NCBI RefSeq assembly: GCF_009914755.1
Contig: NC_060926.1
Direction: 5' to 3' (one strand)
DNA length: 64,000 nucleotides
DNA from: the human T2T-CHM13v2.0 reference genome, Homo sapiens
Shown one piece after another: positions 40,195 to 54,793 of the stretch. The notes under the pieces are model-generated. The model searched no databases. It had not been told where the DNA came from and saw only the letters and a list, made by a program, of their open reading frames with translations. The position numbers and the translations under genes were made by a program. How positions within the stretch are numbered: the first letter of the stretch is position 1; each line of letters opens with the position of its first letter.

Positions 40195-43162
40195 CTGGAG
40201 TGAATTTTTAACACAGCCTCTTTGAAGAGTTACTATTTAACTCTTTAACATTTAGAGACTTCGAAGGAGCCAGTTATTCCCAAAGACAAAGCACGAAGCA
40301 GGACAGGCTCTGTGTGGGCCCTGAAGGAAATGGGGATAAACTTGGAGCATGCAGTGCTTGAAGGTAGTGTGGAAGGGGTCTGGCCAGCTTGAAGAAGGCT
40401 GAGGCAGAAATAGTTCGAAGTAGAAAAATGTTCATCAAGTGTTCAGTTTTAAATGTTCGTTTTGCCAAGTTTTAATCATGGTAAATCCGAGATGCTCTGA
40501 GCCCTAAAAGGGAGTTGTCAAAGACAGTTGCAATGTGCCAATCTTGGTACCAAATGTGGGACTTCTCGGGGTACAGATGGCATTTAAAGCTAAGGAAGTA
40601 AGTGGGCTGTCCCGGTAGAGGACACAGAGAAAGAGGAAGGGGAGGTTCAAAGCAATGTCCACTTAGACTTGGAGACTAAGAAGAGGATTAGAGGGACAGG
40701 AAGAGAGAGAGAGGGAGGGAGGGCCAGACGGAAGTCAAGTCAGATGAGGATAGAGACAAAACCCCCTGGGACAGCAACAGAAAAGCCAGTGACCTTGACA
40801 TGAGCAGTTTGGGTGGAGCAGGGGGAAAGACAGATTGAAGAAGATTGAGGAGGGACCGGAGGATGAAGAAAAGTTTGGAACTGAGAAAGAGAAATAGCTG
40901 GAGGGCTTGAGGGGCATTTCCTGAGATGGAGACACCAGAGCTTGTTTACTCGCTTGGGCAAACAGTCCTGGAGACGGAGAAGCGAAGACGGAAGAGGGGG
41001 TTCTAAAGAGGGAGGGCATCAGAGCTGCATCAGAGGAGGCTGGGACAGTGGCACAGCGCGACTGCTGCTGCTACCTGGAAGAAAAAGGAATGGGAGATGT
41101 AGCGGCCTGGGGATTTGATGACCAGAGGAGGCTGGGGGGCCTGTCTGATGGCCTCTGGTCCCCCAGGAAGTCTGAGGCTGTCAGTGGGAGAGTTTTGTGT
41201 CCTCAAGGATGGGTTTTGAATGGGTTTTGATTACCCTAAAAAAAGCTGAGTTAAAAACTAAAGATACAATTACCAAACCCCGGTTCTTCCTTAAGTTTCT
41301 AAATTTGGCGTGCAGATCTTTTTACTCTATTTATAAACTTAGCATTTAGTAAGTCCTTTTCATTACTTGGATTAATGTCTACTTTCATTTTTAAATTGAA
41401 TTAAATAAACTCCTTTAAGTATTTTAACTACTTTTATGTGTCTATTAATTCCATTTCCTTTCTGAAGCACTTAAGCTACCTTATTAACAAATAAACCTTT
41501 CCAAGTACTTAAGTAATCCTTGGAATTCTAATAAACTTAGAAATATAGTGAGTCTTAATTCTCTTAAATTCTCCAATGCTGTATATTTAGTAAGATTATA
41601 ACCTAGAATAAAAAGCCTAAGTTCAATTATGCATTTTAAATTAACAGGCCCAATTATCTTAAATTTTATAAATACATGAACTACCAAATATGCACAAGAT
41701 TTTTAATCTCAAAAATATTAATACCATCAGTTTGATTCTCTTAAACATTTCTACATTTAACTCAAAATCTCCCTGGAATTAGGAAATGTTTACATACAAA
41801 GAAATTATTGTCATCCCCAACAACGTTGGTATAACTTTTCTAGGAGGTTTCTGAGTTTACCTTCTCAGCTGCTGGGATTTTTCAATTAAAAACAAAAATC
41901 AGAAAGGTCCTCGACCCAGACACTGGCTGGGGTCTTGCCTACAACCCCTGGCAGGCTAAGTGTGAGCTCCTCCGAGGCTTGGCTGTCCTCTCGCAGCAGG
42001 TGCTCCCTGCCACCCCCTGGATCCTGATGACCCAGTTGCTGTTTCCCTAGTCATGACTGTTTTCTATTACCTGCACTTTATTACATGCAACTAATCTCTT
42101 TTCTAGGCCATTCTATGGGGGAGTCTTTTCATATTTGTCCTCCTGCTAGGGCCATAATTCTTAAATAGATTATCAGGCACCCAGTTGACTCTCTTATGGC
42201 ATTGCTTGGCTCTAAGGTCCTTGGGTCTAATGATAGAGGCAGGGCCATCAGACGAAAGGGAAGTTCTGAGAAGGCTGAGTGGGGAGGGGCTTGCGGAGGC
42301 GAAAAGGCTAAAACGGCCTTCAGGAGCACGAGGGTTTTATTGAACTTATGGGCTGGGGTGCCCAGATGGCTCCACGAGCACCCACGCTCCACTGTTAGTT
42401 CTGTTTGTTCTGGGCTTACAAGTGTTGCAACACCTGTTATTTCAGGCTTACGTGTTACTGTAAGAATATAGCTGCACTCAGATGGCTTCCAAATGTCATT
42501 CCACGCTCACTCCATTTTAAAGAAAACCAAACTGGAAGTTGTAGAGGAGCCTTTATAGTGACTTAATAAAATAAAACAAGAATGCAGAACTAATCAGCCG
42601 ACCCATTCTCAAAGGAAAGGCATGAGCCTAACTCAAAAGACTGGCAAATTAATCCCCATTTCTATGTTGTTAGCTAAAATCATGGTTCAAAGAACTCCCA
42701 GCTTTAACTTACTTTTATTACATTTTGAACTTTTTCTACTTAAGTTACCAATTGCCAGACCAAAGCACATTGGATAAAATAAACTCTATTATAGTTATGA
42801 AGATAAACTGTGGGATATAAATTTCATATGATGGAAAGTAAAGAAGAATTGATGAAAAAAAAAGAGAAAATGCCAGGGATCAATGAATTGGGAGGTCTTA
42901 GTGAGATTGAAAGATTAAGTAAACGAACCAGAAGGACAACTGACTGTGGCTGGAAAACAGGATGTATGAATTGCACATTTGGAGGTGGTGCAGTTGGTAA
43001 CGAAGAAGGAAGAAAGGAAAAAGTCATTGGCGAGAAGAAAGTCAAGAAACTGGATTAATCAGGATGACCTTGAGCCAATTCTTGCTCTTTAAAAATGTAC
43101 TTCAAAGATTTGCACTCATGTGATTATCAAGACTCACTGCTTCTTTGCCTGGGGAAGTTGTG

Positions 43163-43650
43163 TGTGATGGGTTGATTTTATGTGTCAACCAGACTGGGCT
43201 AAGGAGTGCCAGATATCTCATTAAACATTATTTCTGGATGTGGCTATGAGGGTGTTTCTGGAAGAGATTAGCATTTGACTCAGTGGATAGAGTAAAGAAC
43301 ATCCACTGTCACCAATGTGGATGGGCACCATCCCTTCCACTGAGGGCATGAGTAGAACAAAAATGGCAGAGGAAGAGAGAATTCTCTCTCCTTCTTGAGC
43401 TGAGCCATCCATCTTTTCCTGTCCTTAGGCCTTGGAGCTTCTGGTTTTCAGGCCTTCTAGTTCCAGGGTGTACACCAGCAGCACCCCCAGGTTCTCAGGC
43501 CTTTGGCCTCAGGCTGAATTACACCACCAACTTTCCTGGGTCTCCAGTATGCAGATGGTAGATTGTGTGGCTTCCTAGCCTCCATAATCATGTGAGTCAA
43601 TTATCTATATACTATCATTTCCGTTTCTTTGGAGAACTGTGACTCATACA
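43163..43650 (+). mobile_element. ERVL solo LTR (MLT2B-like)
   Basis: tgtgatgggttgattttatgtgtcaacc...gagggtgtttctggaagagattagcatttga...ggagaactgtgactcataca, with TG...CA ends. Confidence 0.85.
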
Positions 43651-45029
43651 GTGCAGAAACACACTCATGGAACATTTTGAGCTAGAAGGTGCCTTAGAGA
43701 TTGCTTGGACCCACACTCTTATTTTATAAGAAACAAAACTAGGCATAGAGAGATGGTGGGAGGGAGCAGCATAGGAAGAGCGTTCAAATGGGGAGAAGTA
43801 TAAAGAACAGCTATAGCCTTCTCCAGACAAATCCCTGGGGTGGACGTCTTTCAGAGGGAGTGTGCCATGGCAAGGGGCTCTTGAGTTTTTGAAGACTCAA
43901 TCTTGCTGGCTACCAGAAAAGGCCTGTGGCAGCCTGGTCTGCCAACCTCAGTACCGATTTCAGGTTGAATTTCCTTCTGTGGGTCTGCCTCAGTGGTCCT
44001 CGTGCATGTCCGAAGGTCTCTGAGATGGTGGAACTCTGCTGGCCGCCAAGCTTGGTTGCTTCATTACCATGACAGCAGAATCAAAGCCTAGGTCACAGGT
44101 CTGAGCCTGAAATGAGCACACTCATTGCTGGTGGGAGTGAGAGGTAAAGGGGTCATCCTGCAGTTGGGAGAACACAAGTGTATCCTAGGCTGATGGAGAG
44201 GAGGTTGCATGCTGCTTGAATTGCAAGGGACATCCATGAGCATGACTGGGAAGGAATAGATGGGAAACTTCCTAATAAGTGTTCTCATCTTTCACCATCA
44301 ACCTGAATACTGTTATTTTACACCCCTCAGTTTCTGACCCTTGAAGGCCTGTGGACTTGAAAAAAAGCACGTTCTCAGGAAGCATCTCCAATGTTCTTGA
44401 GCGTTCTTGAATGTTATCCTGAATAGACAGCCAGGCATTTGGAGAGAGGGTCCTCCATCTCCCCTGAAGGCCACTATCAGGAGTTCATGTGTTTTGAAAG
44501 TGGGTCAGACCTATTCATCCTCTCAGGCCATAGCTCCCCCTCTGCAGTAGTCTCTAGGGAGGCTTTGTTTCTGTGGACAGCGCAGTGCTGGAGTCACTGG
44601 GAAGAGCTGGTCCATCAGTTTGTGTCGCTGCCAATCGTGAGAACAGTAGGACCTTGTGAGTTGCACTCTGGGCTTCTTCAAGGAAACCATGGCCCTGACT
44701 GATGTGGAGGGAGCACATGAAAGCGACTTTCGGATCCAAGGCCAGCCAGCTCTCCACAGTAGAGTCTGGCCCTGAAACCAGGAGCCCGGCACTAACACCA
44801 TCAGCTGGAGCTTCCAGAGGGTGAGATCGTGGCCGACTGTGGCTCTATGATTTCTGAACCACCTTTTCTAACTCCCAGAGACTAAGAGACTGTGGAACAC
44901 ATTTTCATCTCTTCACTGTGTCATTTTCTCACTGGAATAAGTCTCCTAATGGGTCCCCTTGCCTCTGTCTCAAACTCCCCTTTCTGTCTTCCACACAGTT
45001 GCTGCCTTGGGTGGAAGTGGGGGTTACAT

Positions 45030-45540
45030 TTCCTAAAAATGGCTCATTCCCACAGGCTCTTTCAAAACCTTGCCATTCAACCACCAAGAGATGGAGTCTC
45101 AATCCCCTGTCCTTGAAACTGGGTAGTCTTTGAGACTGTCTTTACTAATATAGTGAGGAAGAAGTGATGCTATGTGACCTTGGAGGTGAGGTCAAAAAGA
45201 TGATGCAGCTTCTGCCCAGCTGTCTTGGGACATGCACCCTGGTAACACAGCTGCTGTTTGGTGAGGGAGGCCAGGCCCAGGGAGAGGCCAATGAGGAAAG
45301 GAGCAAAGTTCCTGGCCTTCAGCACTGGGTGGACCCACAGATGACCACCAGTACCATGACCTTGAAAGCAGATCCCCCCACCCTCAGCCCAACCAACTAG
45401 GAATACCACGTGGAGCAAGGACAAGCATTTCCTGATGAGCTCTGCTCAAACTGCAGATTCATGAGCAATAGAAATGACTGCCATTAATTTCAGCCATTGT
45501 TTTGGATGGTCTGTTATGCAGCAGTGGATAACCAGAGCAC
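45030..45540 (+). mobile_element. MaLR LTR (MLT1G/H-like)
   Basis: caagagatggagtct, gaagtgatgctatgtgac, ctgcagattcatgagcaa, tgttatgcagcagtggataaccaga. Confidence 0.65.
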
Positions 45541-45679
45541 CAGGTACACACCGCCTCCCTGCTCATTTCCCTGGTTATAAGAACCTTCATGGAGGTAGGT
45601 AACCCAGCTCTGTCCACCTCAACGGCCTTATCTCGCCAACCCTCCAGTCATAAGGTTTTATTTTCAGACACCTGATCTT

Positions 45680-46022
45680 GCCACACTCTCCCTTCTGCCT
45701 GGAAAGTTGATCTTTCTGTCTCCAATTACCACTCTTTTCTACCTAACTCCCATTTGTCTTCAAGACTCAGTTCAGGAATCTCCCACCTGAGAGACTGGAT
45801 CCACTCCTCATTTTGAGCTGCATACTCCTCCCATGTGTGATCCCCCATAGATCTGTGCACATTTTCATTGTAGCATTTACCACACCATGCTGTAATGTAT
45901 GTGTTCCTCCCATAGATGATGAGCTTCTTGTGTGAAGGACATGTCCTATTTGTGTATGTAACCCCAGAGAGGAGCACAGCACCTGTCATAATGTACATGG
46001 TCAGTAAATATTTAATGAATAA
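45680..46022 (+). mobile_element. L2 3' fragment
   Basis: ccttctgcctggaa, caagactcagttca, tgagcttctt, cagtaaatatttaatgaat. Confidence 0.6.
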
Positions 46023-47124
46023 CTACTTCCAGACATAGGGTCTGATGCCATGAAGCCCTACTGTAGCTGGAAGAAGACGTGATACTGTCTGCCTGAGATA
46101 GGTCCCAAGCAGGTTTCTGCGGCCCATCTTCTTTGGTGGTTTATATCTGCTTTTACACAGTCAAGTTCTTTCCTGCCTGTCATCAGAGCTACATTTCTTG
46201 CTTTCTAGCTCCTGCATTCAAGATGAGTCCAGGCCATATTGTCAGCACAGTCTTGATTTTAGAACCCCAGCCCCAGCAGTGTCTACTACTTAGTCTAGTT
46301 TATCCACAGGTGCCCAAGGCACTGTGTGTGGAACACAGGGTGGTGGCTTGTGGGTGCTTCTGACTCCAGACTGACAAGTTACCTAGATTCTACCTGTCAC
46401 TTGAGGTAGGCTGTGGTAAACAAAAGTAGCATTCAACAAGCAGGTGACCAAACGACCAATGATTATCAAAACCTAAAGAAAACAGTCTAAAAATAGAAGA
46501 ACTGACAACTGAGGAAACAGAGCTAATTCAAGAAACACTCACTTGAAAATGAATGCAACTAGTATTTTCAGATTTGAGAGAATGCTGATTCACAAAATGG
46601 AAGAAGCATAGCAGATGGAGTGGCTGCTGGCATCTGGAAATGTTCTTGACCTTAACAATGCAGAAGAGAAACTACAGATGAAAAGTTAGTCAGTGAAAAG
46701 GGGAAGACTGCTGAAGAAAAGCCCAAGAGAGCCTTTCCGTAGTTGATAAACAGTGGCTAAAAGTCTAAGTAAGTTGCCTAGAGTTAGCAAGGTAACCTAT
46801 AGAGAAAGAAAAGAGTGATGTGAGAAACTGAAAGGGTGGGAAAGGGGAGGTGAAATGTGGTGTAAATAAATGAAATCCTCACCCATCTTAGCAGAAATCT
46901 CATGTCCAAAACAGATAGATCTAGAAATAGGCCAGTTAATTAAAGACATAGAAGCACCTATAAACTAAGGTTGGGAGATAAGGAAGATGAGAGTGTTTTT
47001 CCCCTTCAAATGTATTTGAATCTTCTGAGTCTTCTCACAATAAAAATGGCTTACCTGTGTAATAAGAACAAATAAATGTATAATGAAATACAAGTACATT
47101 TGCATTATGCATACATGTTGCTAC

Positions 47125-47892
<768 letters not shown>

Positions 47893-50800
47893 CTGCCCAT
47901 GTAAATTCAAGTATGCAGGCAGAGAGAGCTGGGGAAGGAAGGAGAATGAGAGAAATGACATTGAAATCCTGTAGTGGAGGTGACTCCACTGCTCCTCTGC
48001 TGCGGGCATGGAATTTGCCTCCAGGTGAGTGTGAGGGAGGAAATGGAAGCCCACTCTTCTCTTACTGGGTCTCAGATGTTTGCCACACCGGGTGGGATCT
48101 TGATGCTTAGAGATAAGAGTTTTAGTAAAACATGGTGTCCTAAACACAGCCTTTAGGGCGCTAATAGCACTCATGGTCCTCAATATCCAGATGTTGAGTG
48201 AGTGGAGACCTCAGTGATCTGACATTGGCTTCTCACAGCAGAAGCACTTTAGATTTGTGCCTAGGTAGTATTTTAAATTCCTCTACCTAGATTAACTGTG
48301 AGTGACTGTGTTTACCAGTGCTCTCTGCAGCTGGCTTCATTAGGGGCAAGCAGAGAATGATTGATTCTCCCACGGCTCCTTTAAACTCTTTCCTTCTTTC
48401 CTGCCTGTGCATGAAATCTTGAGCAAGTCTCCCAATGTTTTTGGCCCCTTCAAGCACAAAACCAGTCTTGTTTCAATAATTGAAAATTCCCATACAACAG
48501 GATTCCAAAATCTTGTCCAGCTGAAAGTGACCCCATCTTAGGCCTGTGCTGGCTGGAAACCTGCGACAGCATGGCAGCTCCTTCCCTGCTCCTCACCTGC
48601 CTCCCCACCTCCCTCTCACTGCAATGGGCTGGAAAGGGGCAGAAAGGCGCAGTGTGTGGAGGAAATGCCTTTCCTGACTGGTTCTTTTGTAATGAGGATG
48701 TGGATAGATGTGCAATTGCTGGCTGTTCCTCCCACAAAGCACATTGGCCAATGCTTGGAATCCCCCTGCTGCGACATGTGGATCACGTCTGTCCTCTGTG
48801 TGGCTCTGTCTGACTCTTCCCATGGCCTGTGAGCTTCTGCTGGAGGCTTCCTCTGTCCCAGACAGTCCTCCTTGGTGGGATCCCCCTTATGATGACCCCA
48901 GGCCAGGTCCTCTCTGCAGGGTCCCTGACTGCTCTCCAGAACGCATCACCCTCCATGCAAGTGCACGTGCACTGTTCTCAACCCAGCTGGGAACCCACTA
49001 TTTCCAACCTAGCCTGTTTTCTTCATTCTGCTCCTACCGAAGAGCTGCTGTAGCCCTTAGGCTTAGTAGGTGGGAAACAAAAGTTTCTCTTCATCCCAAA
49101 CTCTAGGCAACAGGATATCCAGCTCTCATGAAGTCCAAATCACTTGTCTTGAGGGAAGGGGAAGTACTTCCTCTCTGTGGGGTATGGGCAACCCACACAT
49201 ACTCCCCACCGCCAATCTCTTCCACCAGAACCTGCTCTGAGGCCTTGCTGGGTGACACTGGCAGGACTGGCTCCATAGTCTCCATGCACTCTGCTTTAGG
49301 GCACAGCACCCATCGTTCTGCCTTGAGAGATGAGCCCACCACGTTGTCCTCAGCCCTGGGGGCTCCTGCCAAAAGTGAAAGATACAGAGTCCCAGTTTAC
49401 ATCCTGTTACACCCTGAGAGTTTCCCCCGGAGTTTAGTCCTCAAATAAATCCACTAGTAGTGGAGCCTCCTTATTTAAGATACTTAGGTTCAGACTTGTC
49501 TGTGAAAGTGTAATTGGAGGTGAGGCAGAAATGGGTTTGTATGAGGGCTCCTGACAGAACGAGAAGGAAGGAGTGGGGGTGGGGGAGGAGAAAAGGAAAA
49601 GGAGAGCATCATATCTGCCTGAGAACGGTCCCCACCCTCACACCATGGGTTCCCATCTGAGCTCACTGGGGGACGCACATGCTGAAGAAAATGGCATCCC
49701 TATACACACAACGGGGCCGGAGTAGTGGGCACAGGCAAGAAAGGCCTCCCTGGAAGAATGCAAGGGATCCACACAGATGCACCCAATGTCTCTGGAAATG
49801 ACTGGGCAAGACTTTGAGTGAAACTGGAGACCTGGCATTAATGAATGGGATAAAGCTAGAAAAACCAGAGTTATCCTTGATAATGTCACAACATGGAGTC
49901 CACAGGCTGGACAAACCTGGGACCATGGAAGCTATACTTTTAAGATCTTAATACAACGTTCAGTTAAAAAACCCTTCTGCTACCTATTTCCTTTAGAATA
50001 CAAGATGCTAAGACCTGGAAAGCACCCCTTGCAACATCCATGTTTGACACTTTGGACAAAAGGGTTGGCTGTGCAATTCTTAGGACCCTCATCTCTGTCT
50101 GGACATTAGTGCCTCGCTATGGCCTGTGCCAAAACATGCGGTAGCGATAGCACACCCGTAGTAGATTAACATAAGTCATAGCCGTTCAGAAATTTCACCT
50201 CCTGCAAAAATGCGTTTAAGCTTTTCTTCAGGGAAGGCTGAGCTGTTGGCCCCAGAAGACTCTCAGCTGACCTAAACAACCCTTCTTTTTTATTTTCAAA
50301 CAGTCTTAAATAGGTTTCTGCATGTGATGACAACAGACAAAAAGATAAATACAGTACATTGAAATTATTCATCTGGTTAAATATTATTGCAATATCTTGA
50401 GACTTTGCTAACTTCTCCTGGAGTTCAGATTCTCAGAGTCCTTTGTGTGAACCTCCACTTAAAATGCACAGCAATTGTGCACCTATTTGATAAACTTCCT
50501 CCTGTCACTTTCCGACACACACTGGCCATCAGTGCAAGCCAGTGGCTGAGACCGGCTCTTCTTATGCTGTGCTGTCAGCCACAGCCACTCTGACCATAAC
50601 CCTGGGCCTCCTTTCTGCAGAATAGATTTGCACAAAGACCTCTCTCATAGCTGTTTCTCTCTGTCCCTAGAGGTCCCTGGGCTACGTCCTTGGGTTGGAA
50701 CCCAAGCCAAAGCTAAGTGCAATGACACAATTGAGCTATTGTGTGAGCTGTAAGTAGAGGGAGGATGGCAGGGGCCCAGGGCTGACTCACCAGGCACACC

Positions 50801-51509
50801 TGCCTGGTCTGGCCTTCAGGGATCCCAGAGGGTAGAGACTGGGCCTCCTCATTCCAGGCCTTCCACCCCCAAGGGGTTGGGGACATCTCTTCTGCCTCCT
50901 CCTACTGTCCCCTGCTGCATTTCTCCTGGCCTTGTCTTCTCTCTACCTATGCAAAGGCCCAGAGGCCAGGCCCTAGACACAGTAGCCCCAAACCACACCA
51001 GTTCTTCAGCAGCTGTGAGTGGAGCAGGAGCCCACACCCTACCTGGAGTCTGAGGTTGGGGATAAACTGGCTGCTGGCCAGACACTGTGTAACAGGGATG
51101 AGCTCCTTTCAGCCATTCATGAAACCTTCAGCCACAGCATTTCTAGCCAGATTAAGAGGCTGGGCAGCTGGGCAGCAGCCTGGGGGTATTAAGTGGAGCC
51201 CAAGAATGCTGCTCACAGAACTAGGTCCCCTGAAGTGATCCCTGGAGGAACCAGAAGTTTGAAAGGGTTGAGACCAGGAGCAAATGCAATAACACAGATG
51301 ATGTCCAAGAGGGGAAATTATGCAGAGGAGGGATGGGTGCTGGCTGGGGACCTGAGATGGAGTAAGGTACCAGGCCCTACCACCAGGAGGCAGGCTTTTG
51401 GGGGAAAGTTCCAGAAGCAACTTGCAAGAAGATGGGAACCAGGCCAGAAAGTACATTCTTGGGGATCTCAGAGCAGATTTGAACTTAGTTTGCAGGCATG
51501 GCTGGTGCA

Positions 51510-51826
51510 GCTCTCTGCAGACTCAAACTATACAACATGAGTCACACATAGCTACTGAGCATTTGAAATGTGACATGTTCAAATAAAGATATGCTTAAGT
51601 GTAAAACCTATACCAAATTGTTAATAAAATTAAAAATGTAAAATATCTCATTAACAAGTTTTTATATTGATTACATGTTGAAATGATATTATATTGGATA
51701 TATTGGATGAAAACATTTTTATTAAAATTAATTTCAACCTCTTCCATTTCACTTTTTCCAGTGGGTCTATCAGAAAATTTAGAGTGACATAATTGAGTCA
51801 GATTATAATTCTATGGGATAGTGCTG
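51510..51826. mobile_element. MER33-like hAT-Charlie element
   Basis: gctactgagcatttgaaatgtg, aatgtaaaatatctcatt, tatattgattacatgttgaaatgat, terminus gatagtgctg. Confidence 0.75.
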
Positions 51827-51919
51827 GTCTGGGCTGTTCACTTGCCTGAATTCCCAGGTTCCCCCAGCAGGGTACCTCCATATCTTTGTAACGCTGTGCA
51901 ATACTCTTCTTAGAATATA

Positions 51920-52260
51920 GTGTATCTGCAAAAAGAACTAGGTGCTATCAGACAAGAACAGCTAGAAAACAAAAAAGATCTGTTGGATATTAAAAACAAG
52001 ATGAGTCTATTAATAGATTTATTAGAATAATTGGGCATAATTTTAAGGTCATCTTCTATAATGGAGAGAAAAGATAACAAAATGATAGGAGATGCACTAA
52101 AAATCAAACCATTAGGAATTCCCATCCCCCAAAACAGGGAAGAAAATGGTGGAAAGAAAATTATCAAAAGTCCTGGGAGATAGAGGAAGGGCACACAAGG
52201 GAAGGGCCAAAAGTGAAATCCTCGTCTGTTATCATGGAAAGTCAATTAAAACCTGAGAAA
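51920..52260 (+). mobile_element. Ancient L1 ORF1-like (HAL1/L1M) fragment
   Basis: A-rich sequence with coiled-coil-like IRQEQLENKKDLLDIKNKM and an LGIP...ENGGKKIIK remnant. Confidence 0.4.
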
Positions 52261-52407
52261 GGTCAGTCTAATTGTATCCTTAGGGCATTTGGTCTGGAAG
52301 TGACTACAAGTGCTGAAAGTGGTGGTCTCTAAAGAAAGGGAAAGTGTTGGCATTACGAATTGGCGAGAAAGAGGCAGACTACTTAGCCTAGAGTGGGTGA
52401 TCCCTAA

Positions 52408-52732
<325 letters not shown>

Positions 52733-52962
52733 TTCTTTCTTTTAAAGACAGTTTTGGATTGTGAAATATACCTACAAAGTAGTAAAAAATTAAATGCACA
52801 GTTTGACATATAACTCAAACACCCACATAATGGCCACCCAGGTCAACAAATAGAGCATTATTAAGTTTCCAGAGCCCCTTGCCCATAAATTTCTTCCCCA
52901 CCCAAGAACCATCCTTCCCTCCAGATGTAACCACTATTCTGACTTTAAAATAATCATACTCT

Positions 52963-54110
52963 AAACAGACAACCTACAAAATGGGAGAAAATATTCACAA
53001 ACTATGCATCCAAGAAAGGTCTAATATCCAGAATCTATAAGGAACTTAAACAATTTGACAAGCAAAAAACAAATTTAAAAAGTGGGCAACAGACATGAAC
53101 AGACACTTCTCAAAAGAAAATGTACAAGCAGCCAACAAACATGAAAAAAGTCTCAACATCACTAATCATCAGAGAAATGCAAATCAAAACCACCATTACT
53201 GGTGTATAACCCAAAGGAAAACAAATTGTTCTACCAGAAAGACATATACATGCGTATGTTCATTGCAGCACTATTCACAATAACGAGGACATGGAATCAA
53301 TCTAGGTGCCCATCAATGGTGGATTGCATAAAGAAAATGTGTTACATATACATCATGTATGACATGGTCTGTGTCCCCAACCAAATCTTATCTTGAATTG
53401 TAATCTGAATTGTGTGTTGAAGGAGGGACCTCATGGGAGGTGATTAGATCTTGGCAGTGGGGGTTCCTGCATGCTTTTCTCATGATAGTGAGTGAGTTCT
53501 CACAAGATATGATAGTTTTTTAAGGACTTTTCCCCCTTTTGCTCTGCACTTCTCCTTCCTGCCGCTCTGTGAGGAAGGACATATTTTCTTCCCCTTCCAC
53601 CACGATTGTAAGTTTCCTGAGGCCTCCCCAGCCATGTGGAATAGTGAGTCAATTAAACATCTTTCCTTTGTAAATTACCCAGTCTTGGCCTGTTCTTTAT
53701 AGCAGCATGAGAATGGATTAGTACAATGGAATACTATGCAACCATAAAAAAGAGTGAAGGCATGTCATTTGCAGCAACAAAGATGTAGCTAGAGGCCATT
53801 ATTCTAAGCAAATTAATTTAGGAACAGCAAACCAAATACTGTATGTTCTCAGTTATAAAGTGGGAGCTAAACTTTGGGTACACATGGACATAAAGATGGG
53901 AACAATAGATACTGAGAACTACTAGAGGCAAGAGAGAAAAAAGGACGCAAGGGCTGAAAAACTACCAATGGGGTACTGCGCTCACTACATGGGTGTCAGC
54001 ATCATTTGTACTCAAAACCGCAGTGTCACACAATAACCCCATGTAAAAAACCTGCACATGTATTCCCTGAATCGAAAATAAAAGTCGAAATTATTTTTAA
54101 AAATAAAATA
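52963..54110 (+). mobile_element. L1PB/L1MA 3' fragment (interrupted by THE1)
   Basis: ORF2 C-terminal remnants ([23 protein letters not shown]), 3'UTR, and aaaataaaag end. Confidence 0.88.
53360..53725 (+). mobile_element. THE1 (THE1C/D-like) MaLR solo LTR
   Basis: tgacatggtctgtgtcccc...gtgagtgagttctcac...gattgtaagtttcctgaggcctccccagcc...tagtaca. TSD atgta / atgga. Confidence 0.9.
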
Positions 54111-54639
54111 CTGCTCTTGACTCTAATAGATTTATCACCTGTGTATGCAGTGTAGTTCAGCTGAGTCTATTTTTAAATAATATATAAATGGAACCATACT
54201 GTGTTATTTTGCATATGTTTCTTTCCCTCCACATTCTATTAATAAAAACCCTCTGGGTTTGTGCCTGTCTGTGTGTATGTGTGTGTGTGTATGTGTCTCT
54301 CTGTGTGTGTCTACATCATTTTTGTAACTGAATAGTAAATCTATTGTGTTAACATATAAAAATGCATTTATTCTCTCTACTTTTGATGACTCTCTCCTGA
54401 TTACTGGAAATGAATAGTGTATCTAAAGCTTAGTGTGCTTCCCCAAAAAGTTGCCTGGCAAAAAAAAAAAAAAAAGAAAGAAAGGAAAGAAAAAAAAAAG
54501 AAAGAAAACTGAAGACAGAACAAAACTTTGAAAAGTAGGGAACATTTTGCCAATTTTATTTCAGGGAATTCACTTTAGTTCAGACAGTAAAAGTGACCTC
54601 GTAAGTGAATTTTTTTCCCATACCCCAAGCTTGTATAGA

Positions 54640-54793
54640 CTGGTGGTTCTGGCTTAGCAGGCATCAGAAGCCCCTCAAAAGAGTATTAAATAAAGAATGC
54701 TGGAGGCCACCCCCACAGTTTCTGACTCAGGAGGTCTGGGTGGAGACCTAAAAATTTCATTTCTAATAGAAATCAAACTTTGCAAACTACTGC
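54640..54793. mobile_element. MER5A-like MITE
   Basis: gtggttct...gcatcagaa...agtttctgactcaggaggtctggg...catttctaa...actttgcaaactactg. Confidence 0.7.

Noticed and set aside
45936-45947. 12-bp palindrome aggacatgtcct (p53 half-site)
   Set aside because: Single half-site within L2, with no adjacent second decamer.
47900-51500. Cluster of 60-130 aa ORFs in repeat-poor intergenic sequence
   Set aside because: Overlapping on both strands, no domain signatures, and no coherent exon structure.
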